Below, one piece after another: positions 52,850 to 64,000 of a stretch of 64,000 nt of DNA. Location of the stretch: the NCBI RefSeq assembly GCF_009914755.1, contig NC_060935.1. One strand, given 5' to 3'. The translations under genes were made by a program, and so were the position numbers. Source of the stretch: the human T2T-CHM13v2.0 reference genome, Homo sapiens. Every line of letters starts with the position of its first letter. Within the stretch, counting starts at the first letter, position 1. The notes below the pieces were generated by a model. It had not been told where the DNA came from and did no database searches. It was given only the letters and a program-made list of their open reading frames with translations.

Positions 52850-55263
52850 TTTATTAGAACCACTTGAAATAGCAAAAGAAAGTGACAGGAAACTTAATTG
52901 CCTGACTTAAATAACCTACCCACAGTAAAATGCATGGTAAATGCTATATTGTAAAGTATTACCAAATATCAGATTTGCTTTTCTTCTACTGAAAATAAGT
53001 GAAATCACCAGTAATTGTTTTTTACTTTAAATGTAAACCAATATCTATAAAAATAAGTTGTTCAAAGCCAAGGTTTAGGTAATGGCTAGTAATTATAAGT
53101 TAATTGTTTCTTAATTACCATAATAAGGTATCTTCAATAATTTATCTTATCAATATTTAGGGAGAGTCTTAAAATTGATTTTGTATTTTTTCTAAAGCAT
53201 CTTAGTAAAGTCATGCAAAGTTGCACATTCCACAGATACTATGGGATCCTGAATCTCCTGAACTCTGACTTGATTTTTCCCCCAAGTATTACCCTTTTGG
53301 AAGGAATTTCATCAAGCCTGTTTTGTGAATCCGGATGAAAGAGTTCCATATGAGCAAAAATTGCATTTCTCTACATTTATTTTTTAACTTTGCAAGGTTT
53401 GTCACCATCGTTGTACTCTAATTCACATTTTAAATAAGGGTTTCCTACCCTTTATATGACATTTTCCTTTCTTATGCAGTAGCAACAGTAACTCTTTTAA
53501 TCCTACCAAAATTTTAACACCTTCTTGACTTCACACTTGGATTGCTTTAGAATTGGAGAGTTTAATCCATATGAGTGACCACTGTGTAGGGATAAAAGTC
53601 ATGTATTCCCAGGGGGAATGTATAAAGATGAGGCTCACAAGCAGCCAAATTGGTTTGTAAATCCACTTAGTGCCCTTTGAGTGCTGGCATTTTCCATTTT
53701 GATCTCTTGAATTTAAATTTACATATTGTGAACAGCAGCCACTGACTGCACACAAAAGTGATAACATTTTTCAGAGGTAGAGCCAGGCATTTGTTATAAT
53801 GGTTTATGGAAAAATGTAGGGTTATCTACTACTGCTAGGCCTCTGGATAAGTTCTGTTATTAATCTGGATTTCAATTTCTAGCTTTGAATAACTACATTT
53901 TAAATCATTTGGGGGAAACTATAAGACTGCTTAGGACAGTTATGAATACAGAGTAGACATTCAATTAATTCTTTGAGGAAGTTAACATTTTTTGAGAGCC
54001 TTCCATGTGCCAAATCTATGCTAGTGATTTTTTTCAAAATAATTTATTTTGCTTTTAATTTTTTATAAAAACCTTAAGAAGTACAGGGATGAAACACTGT
54101 GTGTTGTCAGTTTTGGCACTTAGATTCAAATGAAGCTGAATCTGTCTTCAACATTCATGTTTTTAATACATTCCAGATCATTTTTTATATGTTTGACTTC
54201 ATTACCCATAAAATATTGACTTTGATCTCTATATTGTGAAGACCTTAATGTAGTATTTGACGCATTAGAAACACTCAAGAAATCATTTCTGTTCTTCTTT
54301 ATCACAGTGTTGGATGTTTTCACACCCTTCTTTTTTTTCTGTTTAATACCTTTGCCACTTATTTATTTCTTCCTTCGGTTTAACATTAATAGAACGGGAG
54401 AAGAAGAAAAAAAAATTAAAGCAAATCCCAAAACAAAGGAAAAATAACCCAAGAAATGTGGAAGAAATAGAGATAGGAAATTATACTTAGGCCACAGGGT
54501 GGCTGTTAATTATTCTGTTTTGTTATATCATCTGGCTTTTGCTTTATTCTGAGGTCATATGTATGTAACAGTGAGAGAAGGGGTAGATGTAAACCATTGG
54601 ATGTGAATGTGAGTGCCAAGGTCTTAGGATATGACATCAGCCCATCTACTCCCTTTCACAATCCTTTCCTTCCCAATAAAAAACATCCATTCATATTTAT
54701 TAGTTCTGCCAATGTGAGATGGGATTTCTGACATAATATTTCTTTGAGTCTTTCCATGACATCAGATGTAACTGGACCAAAGTGAAATTAATCATTGCCT
54801 TTGTTCTTTTTCTACCATGCATACTCCCTACCTCATTTGCCCCAATTCTGATACGTTACTAAAGTTCCAGTGGCTGAGGCCAAAACCTTAGTTTTTCCAT
54901 TGATTCCTCTCTCTTTCTCCCTCTACGCAATTTGTCATTGAGTCCCTTTGTGTCTTCCATAGAACTGTCTCTGGAATTCCTGCTATGCATCTGTCAATAC
55001 TACAGAAACCCGTCCTCGTTCCTTATCACTTCAGATTTGAATTTCTCTCCCAGCCATTTAGCTGGCTTTAAATACATTAGCTCATGCTTGTGAAGGACTT
55101 ATTGCAATTTCCAGCATAAAGTAAACATTCAATAAATAGTAGGCTTTATTGTTGCTATTACTCCAAGTTACACTAAAGTACTTATGATACTGTCTTTCCC
55201 CTTATGCAAACTTAACTTTAAAGGTGAAGTCAGCTATGTGTCGCATCTGTACAATCTGGATAG

Positions 55264-55265
<2 letters not shown>

Positions 55266-55303
<38 letters not shown>
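55266..55303. repeat. (GT)19 microsatellite
   Basis: Uninterrupted GT run. Confidence 0.97.
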
Positions 55304-55305
<2 letters not shown>

Positions 55306-56732
55306 ATGTAATTAGGGTTTTAATGAGGGCATAGAGGTTTTAGAGAGAGAATTAAAAGTGAGCTATTTTACTACTATTTCCAATAATCTCTGCGCAGTAG
55401 GACGCCTGCACAGTCTATCTGGAGGTATGTCTGTCTGAGCTCAGAAATGGGGATTAGGTGATGGATGCCAGTGGTATCTCCAGTTGGCCCTCATTGTCTG
55501 AGACAAGATTTTTTGAGTATTAGTCCACTTTCTATGCTTTCACAGCATAGGATTTTGGTCTTCTTTTCAAGATCTGTCATTCTCATTTTTCTGCAAATCG
55601 AGGATTAACAGGATCATGGATGGTGGTGTCAACACTCTAGTTTTTATTTTTGTATATTATCTGTGTGCATTTGTGTATTATGGACTTTAAGAAATTAAAC
55701 TTGACTAGAGATAAACCAGTTTGATGAAAATAAGGAAAGTGACACTTTTATTGAAATGCACATATTTTGATATAATTTCAAACTTACAAAAAGGTTAGAA
55801 AAATAGTACATGGAACACTTGTATACCTTTTAACCTATTTTAAAGTAGGATAATATATTTTAAAAATAAGAGTTTTTCTCTCTTTATCCTGGCATTTGCT
55901 ATTCATGTAATAGATTATGTTCAGTTGTCATAGTGGTAGAACAAATTACAAATTTTGTAAACTGGGCCTCCTCTTTATTTTAATGCTTTCTAAAGGCTGT
56001 TTTTTAAATCAACATTCCCCTCCAGAATAATGGTATCCTTAGAAATTTCTGTCTGCTTCATTCAGTTGCTTGTCTTCATATCTTGCACTCCCATTGTAGT
56101 AGTCTTACAGATCAATATTAAAAGATTTATTTGTTTTAAAGTTTAAGTAAATCTCAATGTGGAATTTGGGGCTAAAATATGTTTTTATTGAAATGGAATC
56201 AAATACTATTTTAGTCAGGTTGGAAACATTATGAGAATGTTCAGGCAAACCTCAATTCCTCATTTTGAGGAATCTAACTAAATAGGGGGAAAAATAAGCC
56301 TAATTTTGCAGCTGTAGAATTCTACCATTCTAATGGAAAAATGGAAGAGCTTTTATATAGTTTAATTTTAAAATGATGCTTGAACTGGCTACATTAAACC
56401 AGTGTAATTATAGGTATTTGTAAATTTAATACCCAATGTGCTATTTCTTAGTTAAGTCTTAGAAGAAGAAATTTAAGTATTCAAACTAAGATTTCACCAC
56501 AACAAGTACTTATTTTCGTATTTTTCACATTGTTGTTAGGATCAAGGGAAATAATATGCGAAAACAGCTTAATTATATAGTAGAAGAACTGTATATAACA
56601 TGTAAGTTGTTTTTATAGATGCAAACAAAAACAAAAACAGTCTATTTGATACATTGGATAAAGTAGCCATTTTTTCAATGTTGTTGGCATGAAATTATGC
56701 AAGATTTAATATATGTGCATTTTTTATTTCAG

Positions 56733-56804
56733 ATCCAAAACGCTAACGATGTATTAATTGCACCACTTGAGAAATTTCGAAAAGAACAGATAGGTGCAGC
56801 AAAA
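56733..56804 (+). CDS. ARHGAP42: Internal coding exon (72 nt, phase 0/0) of a GRAF-family RhoGAP, BAR domain; best match ARHGAP42/GRAF3 (probably exon 4)
   Basis: Translates as [24 protein letters not shown]; PLEKFRKEQ is the conserved BAR-domain segment of the ARHGAP26/ARHGAP10/OPHN1/ARHGAP42 family, and the [10 protein letters not shown] prefix matches ARHGAP42 from recall. Acceptor ttttttatttcAG ends at 56732; donor AAA|GTAAGT starts at 56805. Confidence 0.92.
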
Positions 56805-58054
56805 GTAAGTGTTACATTTTATTATTCTTCAGTTATTCTCCTGATAATTAAAGATGACATAATTTCAGATGTTAACATTTTTGAAATTAGAATGACCTTT
56901 TAAAAGATTTTGTACATCATTTAAAACTTTTTGCATAGAGACTTAACAAAGACTGGACTTCTTTTAGACATAAAAGATGTTATTATTCTACTGAGTAGAT
57001 AAGAAGCATGTTATAAATGAGTTCTTCCTTTCCCAAAAATTATAGGAAATTAATGATTTTGAAGACACGGTGAAATTATGAGGAGCTCTGTTCCTAAATA
57101 AAATAAAAATTAGGCACAGGGCACATTGAAAATTCAAGCAGTGATTATATGAGAACTTTTAATATTCTTTGTATTTTTTATAAATAAAAATATGTGTTTC
57201 TGAAAAAATTTAGAAATGTTTGTCACAAACCCTTTTTGTTAATGTTTAATTGACTATGGACCAATTAAATTTTTTCTGATTCTCATCATCTGAAATTTGC
57301 CTGTATCCTCATTCTTAGAGCCATATTTTAACCACTTGTGCAACATCATGGGAGCATATAAAACTTAAGGTTTCTAAAATAGAACTAATCATCTCCCATC
57401 CTTCCCTCATTCTTACCCTGTTTGAGTTTTCCTTTTAGTCAATGTCGTATCCCTTCCCCATTTGAGCAGTGCTGTCCATTCTAATGCAGAATTATTTCTA
57501 CTCCTTTCCTCTTTACGTCTGTCTGAAATATTTGAAATAGCCTACTAATTGATCTCCACACCCTCCTTCTAACATATTAACAAATTTTCACCATCTCCAA
57601 TTATGTCATTCTTCCAATGATGAAACCTTCTGTGGTTCTGCTTGACAGTTTAATTTTGATAATGAAAGCTTTCCACAACTTGGAATTTTGAACTTTGCTA
57701 CCCACCAGCAGGCACAGTTTTCTGTTCACCCGGCTCTGTATATACCTGACACTAATCATGTCTTTGCCCAAACTTTTCCCTCTCTCTGGAATACTTCTTA
57801 CCCTTTACTTTTTGAAGTCTTGCCAGACTTCATATCCCAGCACCAGAAACAACCCTTCCTTATATAGGCCTTTCTCATGCAGATGTTCCCCTTCCAGAAC
57901 CTATTTGGTTTCCTTTTCTTAGGATTGAATAGCCTTTACACATATTCCCCATAAGAAGTTAACACAGTTTGCCTTGATTAGAATTTTATGTGCATTTCTC
58001 CACCAATTGTGAGCAATTTTCGAGTGAAGGACTAAAATCAGAACCATTTTTATG

Positions 58055-59230
58055 TTAATTAATTCAGCAAATATTTATCAGTCTCATGGTTGGCTCACAC
58101 GTGACATGCATGGTGTTTGATAAGATGAACGGATGTAGCTGTAAACAAGTCAGAGATGATTCCTGTGTGTATGTCCCTATTATCTTTCATGAAAAACAGA
58201 CATAGAAGTAATTACAAGTGTATTGGGGATTGCGATGCAAAAGTGCTTCACAAGGGCATCATTAATGGATCTGAACTTGTCCAGGAAATCAACAAATGTC
58301 TTCTGCAAGAAGTGTTAGGTAGAGACCTACGTCATGAGGAAGAAAAAGGGGACACAATGGTGGGAAGGGAAAAAAACTTACAAATATTCCAGAAAAGGGA
58401 ATGGAATATGGGAATGAATGAAGGTTTTCTTGGTCGGGGAGGGAAGAGCCTGGCATTTTAGTGGAAGAAAGTCCAGTATGTTTGGAGCACAGTGGACCCT
58501 GGAGGTAGAGGCCACGTGTGCAGCTTTATAAATGACTCACAGTATTTTACTCCCTAGCCTAAGGGCAGTGATAAGCAATAGAAACGTAAGCGGGAGAGTG
58601 ATATCATATTTGTATTTTAAATGTCATTCTAGATGCATATCATGCATGGATAGGAGGCCAGACTACCTGGGCAAACCAGTTTTGGGGCTGGCAGTTAGTG
58701 GCTTTAGATAAGGAGGGTGAAAGTAACTGGGGACAAGGAGATGTATGAAAGCTATTTTAGAGGTGAAATGACAACAGTAAGAAGTGGGTTACATACTGGA
58801 AAGTTAGTAGGAGAAGGTTTCGGGAATGTCCCTCTGGATTTCAGGTTGCATAACTGGGTGGTTGTTGAACCACCTACTGATATAGGCCACATTTATGTTG
58901 GATGACAATGATGGTAAGTTGAGTTTTTAGTCATGATGAGTGAAATTTAGGCTCCTCTGAGACATCCATGTGATGTTGAGTTAGCAGGTGTGTATTCGGA
59001 TCTGAATTAGAAACAAACATTTGGGAATTCTATCTTCTAGGTGCTTATTAAAATCATGGGAGTAGATTAGATCCCTTTGAGAAAGAATAGAGTGAGACGG
59101 GAAGAGGACCCAGGATGTTTATAACCAAAGAACTCTCTCAACACTTGATGTTTGGGGAAAGAAAGTTAGGAAAGGAGGCTGAGAAGGAAGGAACAAAAGA
59201 AAGAAGAAATGACAAGAACATGGTATCCTA
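58055..59230 (-). mobile_element. L2 fragment
   Basis: Reverse L2 3' end (attcagcaaatatttat) and degenerate L2 body; boundaries approximate. Confidence 0.6.
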
Positions 59231-59927
59231 GCACAAGGAGAGTCTTTTCAAAATTAATAATAGCTAATTTTTATTGGCGGGGACTTTCAGTGAAAATCTG
59301 TGACCTAATTAAATAGTCACAGCAAACTGTGAGGTGTGGGTACTAGTGTTATACCTGCTTACAAATGAGGAAAATGATGGGGTGACTTGCACCAAATCAC
59401 AGAGCTGATCTGAAAGAGTCAACATGTTCCCCAGATGAAGCCATTTTATTTCAGAGCCTTGACTTAACAAGCTTTCACTTCATCAATGGTGTTTTTATAA
59501 AAAATTGAATTAGAGCATTGTGAAAAATTCTTTCCCTAGTACACATATTCCAAGTTTTCTAGCCCCCAAAAAGAGTAAGTTTCATCTGTTTGGGAAATCT
59601 TTTTCTTATTTGGAGGTTCAAGTTATCTTACAGTTGCAGTGGCAGGAGTCTTAATAACATTTTATTTTGTTTTGTAAACATCTCAATTGCAGAACAGATC
59701 AACTGAGAACACCCGACAGTATACTATGCCTTTGCCTGCTCACTGGAAGGTTAAATTTGTGATGAAATGAAGCCGGTCTTGAGCATTAATATTATTGCAT
59801 TTAGTTTTTTGGTGGTGGTGATTCTGTGTATTTTATCTGTCTGATGCATTTAGTACTAAATTGTTTCTAAGCTGCCAAGTAGTTCTTGCTTAGTAAAGTG
59901 AATAGTGAATTAAAAACAAGCATGTTC

Positions 59928-60359
<432 letters not shown>

Positions 60360-61108
60360 CTATTACTTTACTTCCTGTTTACTTAGGTATTTTCTCATGT
60401 GGTGCATAAAGTTAATTCTACAAGTGACACTCTGCTGCTTTTCAGCCTTTGCCTTGGAGATTTCCCACAAGCATGTTTGGGCTGATTAGCCAGCTGGAAG
60501 GGAGGGCCGTTGATTAAGGGTAGAATCTTCCACTGCAGTCAGCGACCTCTTCAGCTTGGTCCACACAGGCAAAGCAGAGTGGAAAATGCTGAGTCAAAGT
60601 GGCCCTTGCCTAACAACCAGATGATACTACTTAACTGCAGTGGATAAGATCCATGGACCACAAACATTTCCTTTGTAGTGTATTCTATGGCACTTTGAGA
60701 CACCTGATACTTTGCTGTGAAAGTGAGGCTCTTGGTAAGTTACAGTTGTGGGAAAGAAGCATTGTTCATCTGTGAGAGGCATTAGAAAAGATTAGTAATG
60801 GGGTTGTTGAACTGAAGGACAGAAGGAAATGGGTTCTGCTGTTTCAGATACTTGGAGATTAGAAGAATTATCTATAAACAGTTGTCAAGGAAGTATTTAT
60901 TTAAAGTTTCTTAGTAAGATGGTATATTCAGAATGAAATTGTGTTACAGGCCAGACATATTACATGTGTCAGAGGCTTAGACTGAATGTTTGGTTTCTCC
61001 TGACACACTGCTGGTTTAAATTCTAGAATACTAGTGGAAAGCAGGTATTCAGAACACTTGATGTCAACTCTATGAATTTCCACTATAGGAATATATCTGT
61101 AATCGTCG

Positions 61109-61167
61109 TATTAGCATTATGCAAAAGTAATGGCAAAAACTGCAATTACTTTTGCATCAACCAAATA
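61109..61167. mobile_element. MADE1 (Hsmar1 MITE), internally shortened
   Basis: aaaagtaatggcaaaaactgcaattacttttgcatcaacc matches the MADE1 right half. Confidence 0.8.
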
Positions 61168-61350
61168 ATATAGAGTGAGATGAATCACAATTGTTTTTTT
61201 GGATGCTTTTTGAATAAATTGACAGCTCTATTTCCATTTCCATGACCGTGTTGGAAACCTCCTTGTTCTCAGAGAGAATCAATTTTAAGTCCTCTCTGCA
61301 CTTTATATGCCTGTTGCTACATAGACCGGCTGACTCTGAAGTATAGATAG

Positions 61351-61752
<402 letters not shown>

Positions 61753-62574
61753 TAGTGATGGAACTTGCGCTAAGGAGGCCAAAGGCTCATCTTCCACATA
61801 TAGATGTGTATTATACAGAAACAAACTGGGAAGAGACGTGGCCCAGTGAAGATCAGAACTCAGTTCCTCAGACCAGAAGCCTTTCTACTCCCTAGAGCAA
61901 CTCTGTTGTGAAATACTTCATTTTCTTTACCTTTAACAAATAAATGGTTTAGTGTGAAATATCTTCGTTATCAAAATGTTTCAAATATGCCCAAACTTAC
62001 CCCTTGAACCAAGCATAGTTAATACGTTTCCCTTATTTTTGAAATACCCCTTGATGTCCAGGGTCCCCAGTACACAGTAGGCACTTAATGGTAACTTGTT
62101 TCATTAGAGATAACAGACTTGGGAAATACTGCCCATAAAAGTTAAATTTTTATTTCTATGAGAAATGTTTTGTGAGACATTGGTTTTTATTTTTAATAAG
62201 ACGTTAATAAAAATCATATGAACATTCTTCTGTGGTATGTATATAGAAATCAACAATATATTGCTAGTCATTTTATAATAGAGCTTGATTTCTTTATATT
62301 GTTTTCATGTTGAAGACTGTAATGGAAACTGATAATTCTGGTCCCTTTGTTCTGTCCATAGTAGAGTTTGCTTCTGTCTCTGAACATTCGTTTATTATTT
62401 TTAAACATTCCTTATACATGCAGTTAATTAAGCATGTAATATCCAAAAAAATCTATATATAGTTGTCACAATTCCTGTTTCAGTCTTAGATTTCTGTCAT
62501 GTGAAAAGTGACTGCAGTCTAACTTGTCTCAAAATAAAAATGGCTTAGAGAATTTAAGAAGTATTACAAATGCC

Positions 62575-62746
62575 TCAGTCAACTTGAGCAAAGCTGCAGG
62601 ATACAAAATCAATGAAAACAAGCAGCTTTCCAGTATAATACTAATAATAAATTATCCAAAATGAAAATTGAGAAAACAATCCCCTTTATAATAGCAATAA
62701 TAAAATTAGGAGCAAAGTTAACCAAGGAGGTAAAAGATCTGTATAT
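62575..62746 (+). mobile_element. Old L1 ORF2 fragment
   Basis: agcaaagctgcaggatacaaaatcaat...aacaatcccctttataatagc...ttaaccaaggaggtaaaagatctgta. Confidence 0.8.
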
Positions 62747-62747
62747 A

Positions 62748-63641
62748 CGTAGCTTCCTTGGAGATAGATTTTGTAGGTTCAGTTCCAGACCACTGGCCTA
62801 AAACAAATATCCCAATGAGTCACACATATTTTTTATTTCTTAGAGCATGTAAAAGTTATATTCATACTATACAGTAGCCTCTTAAGTGTGCAATAATAGT
62901 GTTATGTCAACAAATCAATGTACATACCTTATTAAAAATATTTTATTACTAAAATAGGCTAACAATTATCTGAGCCTTTAGTGAGTTGCATTCATTTTTC
63001 TGGTGAAGGATCTTGCCTCGATGTTGATAGCAGCTGACTGATAAGGGTGGTGGTTGCTGAAGGCTGGGGTGGCTGTGGCGGTTTCTGAAAAGAAGACTAC
63101 AGTGAAGTTTGCCTCATAGGTTGACTCTTTCTTTCATGAAAGTATTTTCTGGAGTGTGCGATATTGCTTTTTGATAGCATTTTACCTATAAGAAAACATC
63201 TTTTAAAATTGTAGTCAATTCCCTCAAACACTGCTTCTGCCTTATCACGTAAGTATATGGAATATTCCAAATCCTTTGTTGTCATTTCAACAGTATTCAC
63301 AAGGAATAGATTCTATCTCAAGAAACTAGTTTCTTTGCTCATCCGTAAGAAGCAACTCCTCATCCTTTAAGTTTGACATGAGATTGCAGCAATTCAGTCT
63401 TGTCTTCAGGCTCCACTTCTAATTCTAGCTCTCTTCCTGTTTCCACCACATTTGCAGGAAGTTCCTCCACTGACGTCTTCAAACCCCACCAAGTAATCCA
63501 TAAGGCTTAGAATCAGCTTCTTCCATGAATCATAAACGTTGTCAATGGCTTCTAGAATGTTGAATCCTTTCCAGAAGGTTTTCAATTTACCTTGCCTAGA
63601 TCTATCAGAGAAATCACTGTCTATGACAATGATAGCCTTAT
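62748..63641 (-). mobile_element. Tigger1 DNA transposon 3' part (transposase remnant)
   Basis: ORF 63097-63300 (VEMTTKDLEY...GKMLS...ERKSQ.MRQTSL) matches the Tigger1/TIGD1 C-terminus; degenerate terminal repeat after a TA. Confidence 0.9.
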
Positions 63642-64000
63642 TGTATTAGTCTATTCTCCCACTGCTATGAGTAACTACCTGAGACTGGGTAATTTATGAA
63701 GAAAAGAGGTTTAATTGACTCACAGCCATGTACAGGAAACATGGTTGTGGAGGCCTCAGGAAACTTACAATCATGGGGGAAGGGGAAGCTATCACCTTCT
63801 TCACATTGCAGAGCAGGAGGAAGAGAGAGAACAAAAGGGGAAGTGCTGCACACTTTCAAACAACCAGATCCCATGAGAGCTCACTCTCATGAGACTAGCA
63901 AGGGGGAAATCTGCCCCCATGATCCAGTCACCTTCCAGCAGGCCCCTCCTCCAACAGTGGGAATTACAGTTTGACATGAGATTTGGGTGGGAACACAGAG
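63642..64000 (-). mobile_element. MSTA-type LTR inserted in Tigger1 (runs off the window)
   Basis: tgtattagtc...gagactgggtaatttatgaagaaaagaggtttaattgactcacag...gagatttgggtgggaacacagag. Confidence 0.9.

Noticed and set aside
56697-56903. 68-aa ORF as a stand-alone gene
   Set aside because: Only 56733-56804 is family-like and bounded by splice sites; the rest is intronic read-through.
63097-63300. Transposase-like ORF
   Set aside because: Decayed Tigger1 remnant interrupted by an LTR.

Overview
This is primate (almost certainly human) genomic DNA, AT-rich and dense in repeats, lying inside one large + strand gene. The only real protein-coding sequence I can support is a single 72-nt, phase-0/0 exon at 56733-56804 ([24 protein letters not shown]). 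It encodes part of the BAR domain of a GRAF-family RhoGAP and, from recall of the paralogue sequences, best matches ARHGAP42 (GRAF3). Everything else is intron. It holds about 19 Alu elements or fragments (including a near-pristine AluYb8), a 5'-truncated, internally deleted L1PB, several solo LTRs (MER41B-like, another ERV1-like, ERVL-like, MST, MLT1), DNA-transposon fossils (MER20 x2, MER5A, MER47/Tigger5, MER63, MADE1, Tigger1), L2/MIR fragments and a 3'-truncated 7SK retrocopy. Apart from the ORF containing that exon, the listed ORFs are repeat-derived or chance frames. I found no convincing new biological system. The best leads are: (1) a 160-bp, 159/160-identical inverted duplication of an Alu monomer that looks like a local DNA template switch, not retrotransposition; (2) two different solo LTRs, each retaining tandem STAT GAS motifs at the same 21-bp spacing; (3) a tailless 7SK retrocopy whose 3' end overlaps its target-site duplication; (4) a three-armed Alu inside a single TSD; (5) a young AluYb8 that may be polymorphic. 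Repeat family names come from recalled consensus sequences, not a database search.
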